A stretch of 63,062 nt of DNA, the filler included, from Craspedostauros australis (lineage: Eukaryota), in assembly GCA_030167865.1 (NCBI GenBank). It is 13 parts of 13 records of this genome, joined end to end, with 100 filler letters (N's around TTAATTAATTAA, not from the genome) between each part and the next. Parts side by side here need not be neighbours in the genome. Positions count along the whole stretch, not along the records: positions 1 to 15,569 come from JALAGF010003137.1; 12 more parts are not named here. One strand, 5' to 3'. Shown here one piece after another: positions 1-13,787 of this stretch (the first letter of the stretch is position 1; each line of letters starts with the position of its first letter). The translations under genes and the position numbers were made by a program. The notes under the pieces were generated by a model, which was not told where the DNA came from, did no database searches, and was given only the letters and a program-made list of their open reading frames with translations.

Positions 1-2854
1 GATGTTCCACCTGCGGGTTGCTCTGCACTTTTTGCTCTCGTTGTATCGTCGTTCATCTTTTTGCTTCGGAAAATCAGGTGTCGGCGGTATCGAACCCATG
101 AAGTTGGTTCGGTCTGATTCTTCCTCAGTCAACTATTTCGCTCTCCCGGGCGTAAGCCACAGGTTTACGTTACCATGTCGAAATTCCCCGTAGTCCNAAA
201 AGTAACGTGCTCCTGTAACGCTCAGGAGTGATCGATCATGCGCTTGCCACGTTGACGATAGGGGGGTATTTGTTGTTTCTGTACTCTATTTTGGTTCAGT
301 CCCGTACAATCGGGAATTACTGATGTCACACATTTCGACAGGAGATGGAAGGTGCCACGGTAGATTCTGTTGTGATGGTTTGTGGTGACCAACCGATTTT
401 CGATCTTGTTGTTGCCGCCATTGTCGCTGCTGTGGCTGCTGTTCACACCCTCTGCACGATTGTGTGCGTGCGTGTGTGTTGATGGTTCTTGATGGGTTCT
501 GATTTGATCGACTCCCAATCAACAAGACATCAATGTTCATTGATGGGTTGTCATCGAGTCCATCGTGTCGAACGGTCCTGGGCTTGTCGGTGGGCTTCTT
601 CGTGCTTCGGTGATACTCTCATCCAAGTCACGAACCAGTGATGGAGAACATTGCGGCCAAATCGAGGAAACGCTTTGGTTGTACACACGATGGCAGGCAG
701 CCAAAGAGAGAGCGATGGAAGAAAGACGGCAAACCCTTTTGGCTCCGCATTTCGGCAGCAACTCATGGAGGCATCCGCACGATCTTCACACGTATCTCGC
801 CCTTGTTCCTCTCTCTCTCTCCAGATATTAGCGGTACGGGAGCATTTCGCCTGTCCTATGCAATGCCATAGGTATTGGTTTGATGCGCCGCAACAATCCC
901 AGCTCGACAAGAGGATTCTGGCAAATGTGGAAGCGAAGAAGGTGAACACTTTCTTCTGTGGGAGAGATTGACACGCACTCGTACGACCAATGCCAGAAAG
1001 CTCCAGACATACGATCGGGAAGTGGAAGCAAGTGTGCCGCAAGCAATCGCGCTCGGCAGGTATGATGCTACACTCGCACTCTGCAACATGCCGCATGTCA
1101 GGAGCATCTCTTTCTCTACTCGTATTCGTACGGGCACGATCTATGCACCCACAACCCATCAACACCCCCGTGTTTCCAAGAGTCTGCGTTTTGAAATATT
1201 CCAAAAAGCTGCAGATTTGATGAATCTGCGTCCTCCTGCGATGGTACCATCAGGGCTTCTGTTAGATGTCAACATGTCGGGAAGTGGATAAAGGTCATTT
1301 CGCGAAGAAGTTCGACGCTCTCGGGGGAGGGCGTCAAACTCACTTTCTTCTCCCACCGGTAGCGATGAAAGCGGGTCGCCGGTGTACGTACCATAATCGC
1401 GCCCTCTCTCTCTCTCTCTCTCCACTCTATTATGCTAGCAAGCTCAACCTTATTCGTACATACTCGTGCGGCAACGCATCTACTCTTCGGCCATGACGGT
1501 TCCCTGTGGCAATTATGTGATCGTGTATGTTGCCGGTGGACAGAACGCGCGTTCGAGTTGCGAGTAGTCGACGCAACAATCAAGCCCACGACACTTCATT
1601 TCGGCAGAACCAAAGAAGACAAACACAACCCAAGACTAGAGAAGAGAGGCACTTCGGTACCGCCCCATGGAAGTGGGACGATTGGACACAAGGACACAAT
1701 GGCGCATTGAATCAGTGAAGCGTTGGCGAATGGACCCGAGCAGCCGCGCCATTGTGCGCACAATGTTGCCAAAACAACACCACTATACTCGTACGGTGAC
1801 GGCATCGTCGGTGGAGGTGGTTCAGTTTCTTGCGAGGAACTCATTGTGGTCTTGGAACGAACGTGCCAAAAAATGAGCGCGCGCAAATGTCACATGATGG
1901 TTATGGGGTCATCAACATTTAAACAGATCGTTCGTGCTCAATGACCGCACGGTCACGCTTTCGGGCAAATTGAGCCACCGTAAGGCTTGTTTGTGTGGGT
2001 GTCTCACGAAATTGTGCTGTTTTGGTTTGTGTCTCTTCACACAACGGACATGTCATCATTTCGTTACTTTGGAATCCAAGGGCGAGAATGTTTGCGTGGT
2101 TGTTCGTGAACTGTGGATGAAGACCATGAGCCAACCCGGCCTGGCCTGGCCCGACCCAAACCAGCCTGTGAGTATCACTACACCAAACCACCAGCCACTC
2201 TCCACGACCAAGGGCCGTTTCCTCTTCTCGCAGTCGTATGTCCAAGCGTGCATTGTCGTTGCCGTTTCTCACCATTGTCGATGTCGGTTTTGCTTGCGCT
2301 AAAGCCTGCTGCTGCTGCTTGTGTGCGTGTACTGCTGTTATCGTTGACGGCATCGTTGACCGCATCGTTCACGATGGTACCGTCACGGGCAGCGCTGCTC
2401 CGGACTTGCCGTGTGATGGAATCTCATGCGATGCCATGAAGCCAACGGTCTTTTGCTCTGCCAGGGGCCGCGATCCCAGGAAGTTGGAGCTGTGACCACG
2501 ACATTGAACAACGATTGGAATGACGGAGCAGTACCTGTTATTGTTCCAGAGAAAGAAGCGCAATAGTGAATACAGAAATTCGTTTTCTATACTAGTACAT
2601 TATGGTGCCTTCGTTGTATTGCGCCATGGGGAGATGTCTCTATGATGTTGTGCCTTCGTTGGATTTATCGCTATTGGCACAAGCGTTGTGTGTGTGAGCA
2701 ATTGCCTGTAGTTGCTTCTACTGCTGCTGCTGCTGCTACCGTCATCACATGTGAAGAGTTCATGGTGCCAAACCATGCACTCGACTTGTCATCGTAGTTG
2801 CGGTAGTTGTCGCCGTTGTCGTGAAGGAGGCGGTGTTTGGTCTCGGTGCGTTCC

Positions 2855-5014
2855 TCACGTGAAGATGGAGGTGGAGCTGTCGGTTGGGGCGAAGGATCCG
2901 TGGAGGCCGTGTGGGATGGAGCTCTTGGTCCAGACCTTGCAGACTGGTCCGTGGCTCATGTCCTTCTTGAGGTCGAAGATCGAAAGGAAGGATCGGTTCT
3001 TGGCAGAGTCCTTGACCATGCCGAGGAGGTAGGCGTCGCGCTCGTCGTTGGGGTCGCCGTTCTTCTTTGGAACCACGACGGGTTCATCGGTGAAGTATCT
3101 GGATCCGAACCAGTAAGCATCTACATCTTCGTTCTTCTCTCCCTGTTGAAGTTTGGTGTTGCTGCCCTTTTCCACCTCCAATCGGCAGTATCCGTTGGGT
3201 GCGGTACTGTCGCCGACAACGTTGCTGGCTAGAGCAAAGATGTTGTCAGCCTTGGAGGTGGCAAAGCTCGGGTGCACTGCTGGAAACTCGAGACAAGTGT
3301 TGGCAGAACCTGGGGCCACGTCGAGGGACACGGTCTTGCGGTTCTTGACGTCAACTTCCAATCGCCAGAGGAAAGTGGGTGGAATGTCCTTGAATTTAGG
3401 ACAGAATCCACCCCACGCTCCCAACAGATCGGTGTTATCTGATGGGGGCCATCCGGTGAAATGGGTGACGAAGTTGCCAGTCTTTGGGTCTTCGTAGCTG
3501 TTAGCAAAGTGCACGGAAAAGCAGGCGGGGACTTCAACTGAGAAGGGTTCGAATTGATTCTTGGAGGTTGGTCGAGGAAAGAACCAGGCTGTTGCTGGTG
3601 CTCGTCCGTCCATGGTGACACTCTCCGCGGGGCTCTTGAGCCCGAGGAGGAGCTCGTTGGTCTTGTCGCTTTTGAGGGCGTTGAACTTGAGCATGACGAG
3701 GTCGTCGGACATGGCCATGTCGTGGGGCGGCACGGCCACGTCTGGGACATTGAAGGTAGCGGTCTCGATCGGGTCGCAGCCGTCCTGTGAGAACTCGGAG
3801 AAGGTCAGGTCGAGGCTGTTGTCCTTGATGATCTGGGTGTATCGCCATGAGACGATGTTGCCGGTTCTGGGGCAAGTGGCTGGGTGGGCGGTGTAGGCGG
3901 AACCGCCCAAGATGCCCTTGGTGAGGTTGTCGAGCCAGTCGATGCCGAACTTGGCGGGCATGCCACCGGTGACGCCGATGCCACCCATCGTGTCCTCGCC
4001 GAGTGTCTTGAGGGTCTTTGGGTCGAGAGCGTGGGGAAGGCCGGCCTCGAACAAGGCGAGGAGCTTTCCACCGTGCGAGACGACGTGGGTGTTGGCCGGA
4101 TTCTTGAGGTTCAGGTTGAAGGCGTTGCCGAAGATCTTCGAGAGCCATGATCTCTCCATTGGTTCCGCGTCGATGCCCTTCTTGAGATGCTTGTCGAAGA
4201 AAGCGGCAGGGCCTGTGCCGAAGGTACCGCGGAAGATGGGCTTGCCGGCCTTGGTCTCCTCCTTGAGCGCCTCGGTCTCGACGAGACGCGAGGTGAAGTG
4301 GACTTTCCTTCGCGAGAATGGTCCCTTCTTCTTGGGGAACTCCATGCGGAGGACGAGGCCGTCGGCATCGAGGACGTGCTGTGCGCGCTCCTCGCCGACT
4401 CCGAACTTGCCTGGGCCGTTGCGGTACAGCACACCCTCGAGGTCGTCAGGCAGACGGCCCTCGACTTCGCAGGTGTACTCAGCATGTCCGGTTGCTTCGT
4501 CGATGAGGGTGGGGTTGTCGGCTGGTGATGAGTACGACTTCCACACGTCTCTCCAGTCGCATTCCAAGTACTGTCCGAGCCCGAGATCTTTTTGCTTCTC
4601 TTCTGGATGGGTTCTGCTGACGATGGCGTTGTACAGCTCCGTGGTGATGCGCTGTCCGAACGGGTGGATGTGGCTGGTTCCTCTTCTCCAGAACTTGCGC
4701 TCAGGAAGGGCATCGGCCTGAGGCTTGGCCGGTTGCTGCACGCGCTCGAGTTCGCGTCCGACCTCTCTCTGTTGTTCTTGTGGGTGCTGCGGTCTCGACA
4801 GTGGGCCGAGGGGGAAGCGGATGCCGGTGGAAGCGACGCTTCCCATGTCATCTGCAGCCACTGTGGCTTTGTTGGGACCAGCAGTGTTGATGCCGAACGC
4901 CGGTGGCTTTGGCATGTTTATCTGGAAGGCATCGACTGGGGAGGGCCCCATGGCGCTGGCCAGCAGAAGCGTGGCGCATGCTGCGTACCTTGTGGGTGTG
5001 TTAAGCTGTGTCAT
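2855..5014 (-). CDS. Carotenoid cleavage oxygenase (RPE65/CCD/ACO superfamily), probably plastid-targeted
   Basis: 719-aa intronless ORF. Motifs: VEGRLPDDLEGVLYRNGPG, HVLDADG, and the four iron-ligand His motifs YTAHP, PPHDM, SVHFANSYE and PHGLHGSF; also EFP and DEPVVVP. Hydrophobic N-terminus ending VDA-FQ. Confidence 0.92.
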   Translation of the reverse strand: MTQLNTPTRYAACATLLLASAMGPSPVDAFQINMPKPPAFGINTAGPNKATVAADDMGSVASTGIRFPLGPLSRPQHPQEQQREVGRELERVQQPAKPQADALPERKFWRRGTSHIHPFGQRITTELYNAIVSRTHPEEKQKDLGLGQYLECDWRDVWKSYSSPADNPTLIDEATGHAEYTCEVEGRLPDDLEGVLYRNGPGKFGVGEERAQHVLDADGLVLRMEFPKKKGPFSRRKVHFTSRLVETEALKEETKAGKPIFRGTFGTGPAAFFDKHLKKGIDAEPMERSWLSKIFGNAFNLNLKNPANTHVVSHGGKLLALFEAGLPHALDPKTLKTLGEDTMGGIGVTGGMPAKFGIDWLDNLTKGILGGSAYTAHPATCPRTGNIVSWRYTQIIKDNSLDLTFSEFSQDGCDPIETATFNVPDVAVPPHDMAMSDDLVMLKFNALKSDKTNELLLGLKSPAESVTMDGRAPATAWFFPRPTSKNQFEPFSVEVPACFSVHFANSYEDPKTGNFVTHFTGWPPSDNTDLLGAWGGFCPKFKDIPPTFLWRLEVDVKNRKTVSLDVAPGSANTCLEFPAVHPSFATSKADNIFALASNVVGDSTAPNGYCRLEVEKGSNTKLQQGEKNEDVDAYWFGSRYFTDEPVVVPKKNGDPNDERDAYLLGMVKDSAKNRSFLSIFDLKKDMSHGPVCKVWTKSSIPHGLHGSFAPTDSSTSIFT

Positions 5015-8000
5015 TGTGTTATGTTTGTGCTCTGTTGTTTGTTGTGTGTTCTTGTTCTGCGTTTTGTTTTTGGTGGTTGTTGTTTTTATGACAGCTGAAG
5101 GTGCTGGAACTGAAGTGTTGGTTGTTGTGGTTGGGGGAGGAGACTTGCGCTAGCGTGCGATTGTTTGCGATTGTTTGCGATTGTCGTTTGCTTTTGTCTG
5201 AGCTTGAGATTTGTGAGCGGAATGAAGCATTTTGATTTCAGAATGGAATGGGGTTGACCGCGCTTCACGCTCGCCGTTGATGTTCGCGTTTTCGTGGACG
5301 TCGGCTTTGGTGGCTCCATCAACACGCAACCAATGCGACAGAGATTGCAAAACCAGAACCGGAGCAACTTTTTGGAGGAAGTGAGGAGATTGGGGCCAAC
5401 GAAACAACAACTCCCGCCCATCGCGCTTTTCCCGCGAATACGATATGTGCGCGAGTCATGGCCAAACTCGCGCGAATGACCTTTCTCCTACGGAATGAAG
5501 AAGACGGAATGCCTCGATGTGTCGATGTGCGGAAGGAAGCGGACAAGTTTGTTTCTACGATCTCGAAAAGCACGATTCCAGCTTTCTTTTCAATGGTAAC
5601 AGCAGCCAAATTCGAGAAAATGAACAAAAAATAACGTTTTGGTCCGAAGGATGGTGCCCATCTCACGATTTTGGTGCCATTTTCAAACCGGTCATGTTTC
5701 GGGGCCTCAGTGATCGTGCGCTGTTGACGAATATGTCGCTGCTACCGCCGCTCATCTTGAGAAATCCACAGACAATGAACACCAAAAAGTCAAATTTGAT
5801 CAATTCTGCAGAAAATATGTGGACAGGTCGTCAGCGAAGGGAGGAGACTGCTCGGAGAAGTACCCTGGATGGAGCAACGCTTTGGCGCACTCTCGGAGAG
5901 GTTGGGAGGAGGCGAGATCACAAGACCCTAAGACCACAAGACCCCAAGTTTTGCCCAAGGAGAGAGAGAGAGCAGTTGCAAAGTTCCCATGCATAGAACA
6001 GCACTGTTCATGGGTACCAATGAATCCGTCTTCACCGTCGTCATCGTCGCCGTCATCGTCGTCATCATCTTCGTTCTCAACAGCCCGTTCGTGTTGCCTG
6101 TTGCGTGTCTGTCCACGTTATCGACTGGCATTCAACCTCAAGACGATTCGATTCTTCCATGCCTTCGGCTGTACCTTCTCTTCGCAAGTTCCGACTCCAA
6201 CTTCTGCGTGTGGTATGTTAGGAGGCGTTCGTGGGAGGGAGTCTGCCGACACCAGTAAGAGTCATATGTACTGGCACGAGTATGGATACGTACACTCTGG
6301 CGTACTACTATAACATACGTACTCCATTCCAAAGTTACTTAGTCTTCCACATCTGCTTCCTAACTCAACCCATTTGAATCCGCAATCTTACGAGCAAGGT
6401 TGTGGAAAGTTCGTTTTGCTCCAGTGAAGGGGTCGTTCGTGCCATCCCATCAACGCAGAGCAAGAGAGAGCAAGACACACGATGCCGTTGGATGCGGCTC
6501 CGACACCACACGTCTGCATCCTTCCCTCTCGCCGTATCTTGTTGCCGCCACACCCATTCCTCTGCATGCCCCTCCATTTGTGTGCATCTCCTCGTGTGCT
6601 CCTCCAAGATCCAAAGAGTTCCTTGTCTCTTCGTTGCGCATTCATCGAGTCTTGCTTCAAAGCACAACGCGCTTCAAAAAATCGCTCGCTTTCTATCGGG
6701 TTTGCAGCGCAAGACATCACTTCTCTCCACTTTGTGAACTGCGTGCGCAACACAGGCCGTTGACACTCTCGGACTTCCAAATGATACTGAAATACCTCTC
6801 GATTGAAGGAAAATATGTATGACCGTGACAATAACTACCGCCCTTATTGACAAGTAATCGGACATATTTGCCATCATTGGTCGTGCATGACATTCAGTGC
6901 CTCATCGTGATACGTCAGTGAGGAAGAGTGGGGCTGGAATGTGACTCTGTGTCGCCAACTAACGCGTTGTTGGGAGAAAAACAGTTATTCCACCTATGAC
7001 TGTTCTCTCATCGCGCCCAGCCACGCCAGCACCAAGGTGAAGTTTCGGCCATTTTCGGGGATGGGACATGGACATCGAGGAACCTAAGGCAGCAACTTCA
7101 TTTCGAGACACTGGCCCATCGCCATTGTGAAGCAGACTTCTTGGTCAACGTCACTCAGTCATCCGCATTCATTCAACCAAGAGCAAGACCCTCCCAATGG
7201 CGAATGTTGAGATTGTGCTCTTGTTTTGAAACGAGGCGTTGGAGTTGTGTTAGTACGGGGAATGACGACTGTATTTACAACCTCCTCGTGCGCATGCATC
7301 ACACCATTGTTCGTACCAATGCCGACAAGCACAAGGCACAAGAGCATGTCCAAGAACAATTCACAAGCCCGAACAGTGCCATGTGCTTGAATTCCAACGG
7401 AGCAGAACATTCATTCAAGTACGCGTGATACTCAAGCCCAGGCTGCGCACGACTACAGCGGGCAGAATACTCCCGAGGCAATGCAATGTAGAATAGCAGA
7501 TGACCCTCCAAAGTAGAATATTGTGTGATCTGTGACGCTCGCGCTACTGCATCCTGCAAAGGATGGTGCATACCAGGAATCAAGCCAACGGAGCAGAGGC
7601 AAGGAGCGGATCAGCCCAAGGTGTCAATCTTGGGTGCGGAGCCATCATTGCACGGGTCTCGCGATACGGAGATGGCATCTCCTGTGCTATGCAGGTACGA
7701 GCAGTCAGGTAGGATCATACGTGTACGGGAGCATGCATACGGGAGAGCATGGCTCGTATGAGCACAACCTGCATATCACTATACCCAAATACAACCAGAG
7801 ATGCAACGTATGATAGGTACAAGTACGTACGGAAACGTGGCACCATGGACTCATTCGCTGCCTCCAGGCGACCTCTTCATCACGGACTTCAAATCTCATC
7901 GTCTGGAGAGATGGAAGCTGCCAATCCCGATGTCGGTTGGCACACGTAGGTACGCATCGGATCTGAAGTTCACTGTGTCATCATTTTCCTTCTTTTCTTT

Positions 8001-11000
8001 GCATTTTTTCTTGTTTTCAATCTCTCATTTCCTCTGATGAATCGATGCGTTTGCAGACTGATTTGATGCTGTTGCTGCTGCTGCTTCTGCTGGTGCCGCA
8101 ACTCTGATCGTCGATGCTGCGACACAAGTTGCCTGATCACGAATCAGAAAGAGTACGGTGATGCTGGGACGTGCGGTCTCATGGATAGAGACGAAGAGCA
8201 ATGAGAGTCTTGGTCGGACAAAGGTGAAGTGCACCAACGGTGTCAATCAAGAGACGCTCATCCCAAAATGTTGGTTGTCCAACTAGGAAAGCCAAGTGAG
8301 GAAGCTGAAGCCGAAGCCGAAGCAGAAGCAGACAGAGAGAGAACGGAGAACTTTATGCACGAGCGACGATGTTTGGTGAGCTGTGCGGGACGAACATCGT
8401 GATCTGGTTCTTTTGGTCGGACAAGAACACTGTGGAGGAAAACGACGGGATCTGGTCAATAAATTCGAAGGCATCAGGTTTCGTGGTTCAACCATCAACT
8501 GCCTGCACAAGACCAAAACGAAGAACGAAATAGACGGCGTCTGGAAGAATGGCGCGAATGGGCATCCAGTAACGAACAATGACGCTGTCGACATTGCAGC
8601 CCCCATGGTTTTGGCGCGGCCCGACCACAGTATCCGAGTAAAGTTGGTCCGTGGCTGCCTTGTGAATGTCGATGTCAATGTCGATGTGGACGCTGGTGCT
8701 TCTTCACTCTTCCGTGGATGTGGGCCCTCGCACGTGGGGGCTTCTCATGTTGGTTTGTGTGGATGGAAAGGCGCACCAACATCGGCACAGATACGTACTT
8801 GGATTCGTAGGTTGTAGGTCGTTGGTCGTAGGTTGTAGGTCGTAGAGATGTTAGGAGGGGCGACAGCTGAACAACTATGGAGAGTGACACTGACCCAACC
8901 ATTCCAAGCGGAGAATCAAACCGAGACGCGCGAGAGTACGAGTACATGTAAGAAGCCAACACAATCACAGGAACAGGAACAACAGCAATGATTGCAGAAG
9001 AGAAAGGACGCATCACAATCCATGTACCCGTATCGGACGGCCAAGAAGGACCGAAGAATCGCATGTTCGCAACAGTGAGTGGAGGCAGGTTGCGTGATGG
9101 GGTGACGCAGCGCAGATACGAGTATGAGTACGAGTAGATACCAGTACGGCATTTTGCTTCGATTTCTTCCAATGGCTTTCCCCAACTTGCAACTGTCAAA
9201 GAAGGTTCTTTGGACCATTGGAACATGCGAGCCAAGAGTTTGAGACCCCAGATAAGGAAGCTGGAAGCCGCAAACACAGCCAGCCACGCATCAATGATCC
9301 ACTCCAGTGTATTCGCCAATCCGAGAGCTCGAAAGTCCGAGCCAATACATTCTGGCTTCCGTTGTCACATGTACGACTATGCTTCTGTCTTGCCCAACGA
9401 CTATTGGTGCGGGCCCAAATTCATCACTTTCTGTATCGCCACGATCCCAATTGTCAAGCATCACCGGGAAACGGCACATACTTGCTTCCATGATGGTACA
9501 ATCCTGTGCTCACATCCATCGGCGACACCCTTGCCGAAGAATCATGGATCCTTTGGGAATCGCCCTTTACCTGATCCGACGGGAGTACGGCAATCTCAGA
9601 ACACCGACAAACAGATTGGACGAGCATTTGCAAACCGCTATGCGATGCGCGGGTATACAAGGAGGACGAAAGAAACTTCCAAGACCAAATCCCGAAGGCA
9701 TTGGACCCGCGACTTGTCTCTGCGGAGAGAAACAGAACACTGAAGTACTCGCTGCACACTCTACTTTTGAACCAACGAGGCCCGGGGGTATGTTTGGCGT
9801 TGTATTGCAACTATGTGGAGTGGTGTTTGTCGCGTCAACGGCACCATAGACTTCTGAATGTCACGTTGGTCTCAATTGCTATCGTGCTTTGATCTTGTGT
9901 TGAGTTCCGTTCCATCGCATCGAGAATCCAGCGTCTCCCTTTCTCTTACCTTGGCTCCTTCTCCCTCCTTTCGCTGCCCGTTGCCGACAGAACAGCGGCA
10001 AGATCCTTGCCGGCTGGTTCTCTCCTCCTGCTGCCGTCGCCGTCGTCATCATGGTCGTGGTCGAGACTTCTGGTCGAACCGTGGATGATCGATGCGCGGA
10101 TCGACGATGAGTCCGCTCTCATCGACAGTACGAGTGTGTATTGTCAACGATGCCGATGCTGCTTGTGCTGCGACTGATACGGCTTATCTTGCTCCCAACC
10201 TGGGTCGAAGGATGGCGCCACAACCCACGAAGGGGGAATGGAGGCATGCGCCTTTCCCCCTTTGCGATCTCTGACGCTCTACGAGCAGGAGGTATGTTGT
10301 TGTTGCTTCTCTCCATTCCAAATTCCACTTTGCGGGTGCATCGAGAGTGCACTTGCCCTTCGCCGTCCCCATTTCCGAATCAAGATCGGGCGGAATCACA
10401 TCCGAATCGAATTCGAATCAGGCTAGATCGTTGCGTCATCTCTGGGCGTCTTGGTTGGAAAGAGGGTAGGCCGCAATCGCCGCTTTCCCTTGCATCGATG
10501 TTCATGTTCGTGCCAAATTCCGTCCATCATCTTATCTGAGATTATCGCGCATGCTATTCGCTACTCGGGTCTGCCGCCTCATGCTTTGCCATTGTCGTGT
10601 GGTGTGCTAGGCATCTCGGGAAAAAGTATGCGGAGGGACGCGAAAGGAATGGCTGCCTTTGCCTGTTTCGGGTTTGGTGGAAGGCAACGGCGAGATTGTT
10701 CCGGACTTGCGCCAAAATGTGAGCAGAAAAACTCTCACGTTTGGGGAGGTCATTCTCGGAGTTTTTCTCCATCAACACTGCACCAAACGCCTCCGTAATA
10801 GTCGCATATGCCTTCCAGCAACAGGCCTATCACAAAGGAAACCTTCTTCAGATCTTGTGCCATTCATTCATGTGTGGAGGGTACCTTCCGTTGGGTCACA
10901 TTGGAATGCGACAATAAAGCCATGCGCTGTGCTGTTGGCTCGGTATCCTACGAGGCGTATCTCCGATGATCCTGCAGTACCGCCGACGCCACCATTCGTG

Positions 11001-12240
11001 CAAAAGTCACAACATCGGCATGATCGGCGATGTGGATGGAACGCGGCATGATGTGAGATGCGTTGGGAGATAGGCCGAGAACTATTGGCCTCCTTTCTGG
11101 CGTGTCCATCATGGATCACGATCACCGCAACCTCCTTCATCTCTCATGATGGCAACACGCAGGCCCGTAACCACAGCTGTGGTCGCACTGTGAGGACGTT
11201 CGGTTGTTCTTTCTCCAAAGGAGGAGTAACTCAACCACCTTCCACGATGGTCGAGGGTTGATCGCCGCCGAAGAAGTACTACGCCGCATCTTGCATGCGC
11301 TGGTAAGTTTCGGGGGAGGATCAATCTCGAGTACTGACTGGCATGCATGCCCTGTATCCATTTCGTCTCAATTGCAATCGATCAGATTTGTAGATTTCAA
11401 TTTCTCATTGGTTTCATCCTCAAATTGACTAAATCGGTGGCTTGGAGCAGAAAGGGAGCATGGTCGAGAAAGCGCCCACTTTCCGATGGCGACCCGGAAA
11501 GACGAGGTCGGTGGAACCTCCGCGCCGATGCCGAACATCGGCGGAGCATCGCGTTGCGTTGGCGATCGTGGCGAATTGAAAGCTTCCGATGGTGATGTGG
11601 CACGAGGTAAGCCTGTCTGCCGCGTGCCTCCTCGATGGATGATGAAGACTTCCTGCACAACCACGTACGTCCAGGTTCCCGTGCAGGCGAATATGCGCAC
11701 CAGTCGTTCGATGCAAAGGAGGATTCAGCACGCACCAGGCACTGTTTTGAAGATTGCGTTACACTTGGTGCACACAAGCGCGCCGCAGTGGTGCTCACGA
11801 TTGGCATCGGCTGGATCAGTTTGTTCTGTATCAACTCACTAGTTGCTGCACGCATTTGAAGCTGCTGATGTCTGGAATGATGATGGCGATGGAGTTGTTG
11901 ACCTTCCTCGCAATCGTATCCGCCGGAACGATCTGCTCGTACTTCTTTTCTTCGACTTGGATTTGCAAGATGCATCTGTGCAGAGTATTCGTAGTATGCA
12001 TAGCGTTGCTCGCCTCGATATTTTTGAATTGGGATGGGGCCGGTGCTATCGTGCTCAGCTCGAGTATGGGACGAGGACGTGTCGCGATGCATTCAGTATC
12101 GGAAGACGATCCCCAGGATCCACGCGAACGTCGGTAGAGATACAATACAATTCATCCCCGTTCTATACGTACCACACATGCTCGTACTCTAATTTACATG
12201 CGGTAGTTCACAATTCGTGATCGGCACAGGTTGAACCGCT

Positions 12241-13383
12241 TCACTTGTGCTGGATGTAAGCCAAGGTCTCGGTCTCGTTCTGCATGGAATGGAACCTCGA
12301 ATGCAAGGGATACCCCGTGATGATCTTCTCCCCGTACATCTCCCCCACGACTTGCTGCATGACGGCCTGATCGCAGACGTTTCCCTTGGCCGTGTCCAGG
12401 CGTAGATTCATTTCCTTGAGGAAAGGAACGAGCACCGACGTGTGACCGCCGATGATGCCGGCATTCAGCTGCCGCCGATACGGCGAGTCGACGCCGAGGC
12501 ATTTCTTCCATTGGCTGTTCTGCCACCGGACGGCCTTGAACTTGGGCTCGACTTCCTCTCCCACGAATAGCTGATGGTGATTGTCCACGCTTTCATCCAT
12601 CATCCGCATGTACCGGAACGGGTTGCGAAGAAACGATACATCCCGCACATCGTTGAGCAGGATGTAGTCGAAATCAAAATTGTTTCTTCCATCCGTGCGA
12701 AGTTGTGATGATGATGATGATGCCTGGCTGGTATACCCATCGCCCATTCTCGCTTTCGCGTCGACTTTCAACACCGCGTTCAAGTACTCTTCGATCACGA
12801 AGAATCGTTGATCGTTCAACGACTTGTTCATGCCGCGCGCGAAGCCCGCACCGCCGCGATCCACACGAACGAACTGCACCTGATCCGTCGTGTAGTTGGC
12901 AATGAAGGCATCATCGTGCATCGTCGTGAAGACGAGACCGTGCATATCGGGGAATCGATGCAGCGAGTTGTACCACGATGCGATGTACCGAAAGGGCTCA
13001 TCATGCGCCTGCGTGCGCTGGTGCAGATCGTCCTTGTGGTTGAAGGCCGCGACGATGGACAATCCGCGCGATGGTCCTTGTTTGTGATCCCGCTCGCATG
13101 GCACCTGCGCGCCGAAGGACCGCGCCATCAACGCCGTCGCCGTCGCCGCCGCCATGAGCACCGCGAGGTATCGGCCATGCCGTCGCGCGCGCTGTTGTAT
13201 TTGCAGTTGCTTGGGCGGTGTGTTGGCAAGCGGCGAGAGTCGCAGTGATGCGAATGTCGCTGCCGAACGCGTGGGTGACGCGAGCAGGGAGTTCATGGAT
13301 GCAGACAGCTGCGGTCTCGGAGACGCCATGGGCGAAGCCGGAACCGCTGATTCCGCTGCGATGTATCGTTGGGACGGCGCCAT
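12241..13383 (-). CDS. Type II membrane protein, putative glycosyltransferase (GT-A-like)
   Basis: First ATG at 13383. One TM segment (YLAVLMAAATATALMA), then RFFVIEEYL, ILLNDVRDVSFLRNPF (DxxD-type motif), LNAGIIGG and CDQAVM. Confidence 0.65.
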   Translation of the reverse strand: MAPSQRYIAAESAVPASPMASPRPQLSASMNSLLASPTRSAATFASLRLSPLANTPPKQLQIQQRARRHGRYLAVLMAAATATALMARSFGAQVPCERDHKQGPSRGLSIVAAFNHKDDLHQRTQAHDEPFRYIASWYNSLHRFPDMHGLVFTTMHDDAFIANYTTDQVQFVRVDRGGAGFARGMNKSLNDQRFFVIEEYLNAVLKVDAKARMGDGYTSQASSSSSQLRTDGRNNFDFDYILLNDVRDVSFLRNPFRYMRMMDESVDNHHQLFVGEEVEPKFKAVRWQNSQWKKCLGVDSPYRRQLNAGIIGGHTSVLVPFLKEMNLRLDTAKGNVCDQAVMQQVVGEMYGEKIITGYPLHSRFHSMQNETETLAYIQHK

Positions 13384-13787
13384 TTCGTGCCTTGCCCTCT
13401 CTGCTGGGAAAGTGTAAGACAATACAATACTGCGTCCACGAGATCAGTACGACTAGTCGTATGGTACGGAGTGCTCCGGAGTGGTATGTCTCCTCGACGA
13501 GTAGGCGAACCAGTAGTCTTAGTGGTATGGTGCGAGTATGAGACTTGATGCTCAAGCTCAGCATGTGGTGTGTGTTGTGCGAGCAAGAGGTGGTGACGAC
13601 ACCACGGCAACAATAACAGCAATAACAACAGCAACAGTGACGACACTGTTGGCATCCGTACACCCGTACGATGACAGACGTCATCAGCAGCAGCAGCAGC
13701 GAACACAACAAAAGTCATCACCACTCTGTGGCCATAAATCCATCATTAGCACCAAAACACACACATCACACTCTCACGATACTGACA

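Noticed and set aside
340..2560. Short ORFs with some protein-like stretches (e.g. PQAIALGRYDATLALCNM)
   Set aside because: No consistent frame, splice model or recognisable motif. May be a decayed gene.
3153..5153. Long overlapping and antisense ORFs (also within 14-15, 22-29, 34-38, 44-45 and 55-58 kb)
   Set aside because: Shadow ORFs produced by GC-rich codon usage of the real genes.
5400..12200. Scattered hydrophobic ORFs and splice-like sites (e.g. 8675-9319, 11635-12137)
   Set aside because: Could be a fragmented membrane-protein gene, but I could not build a coherent model.
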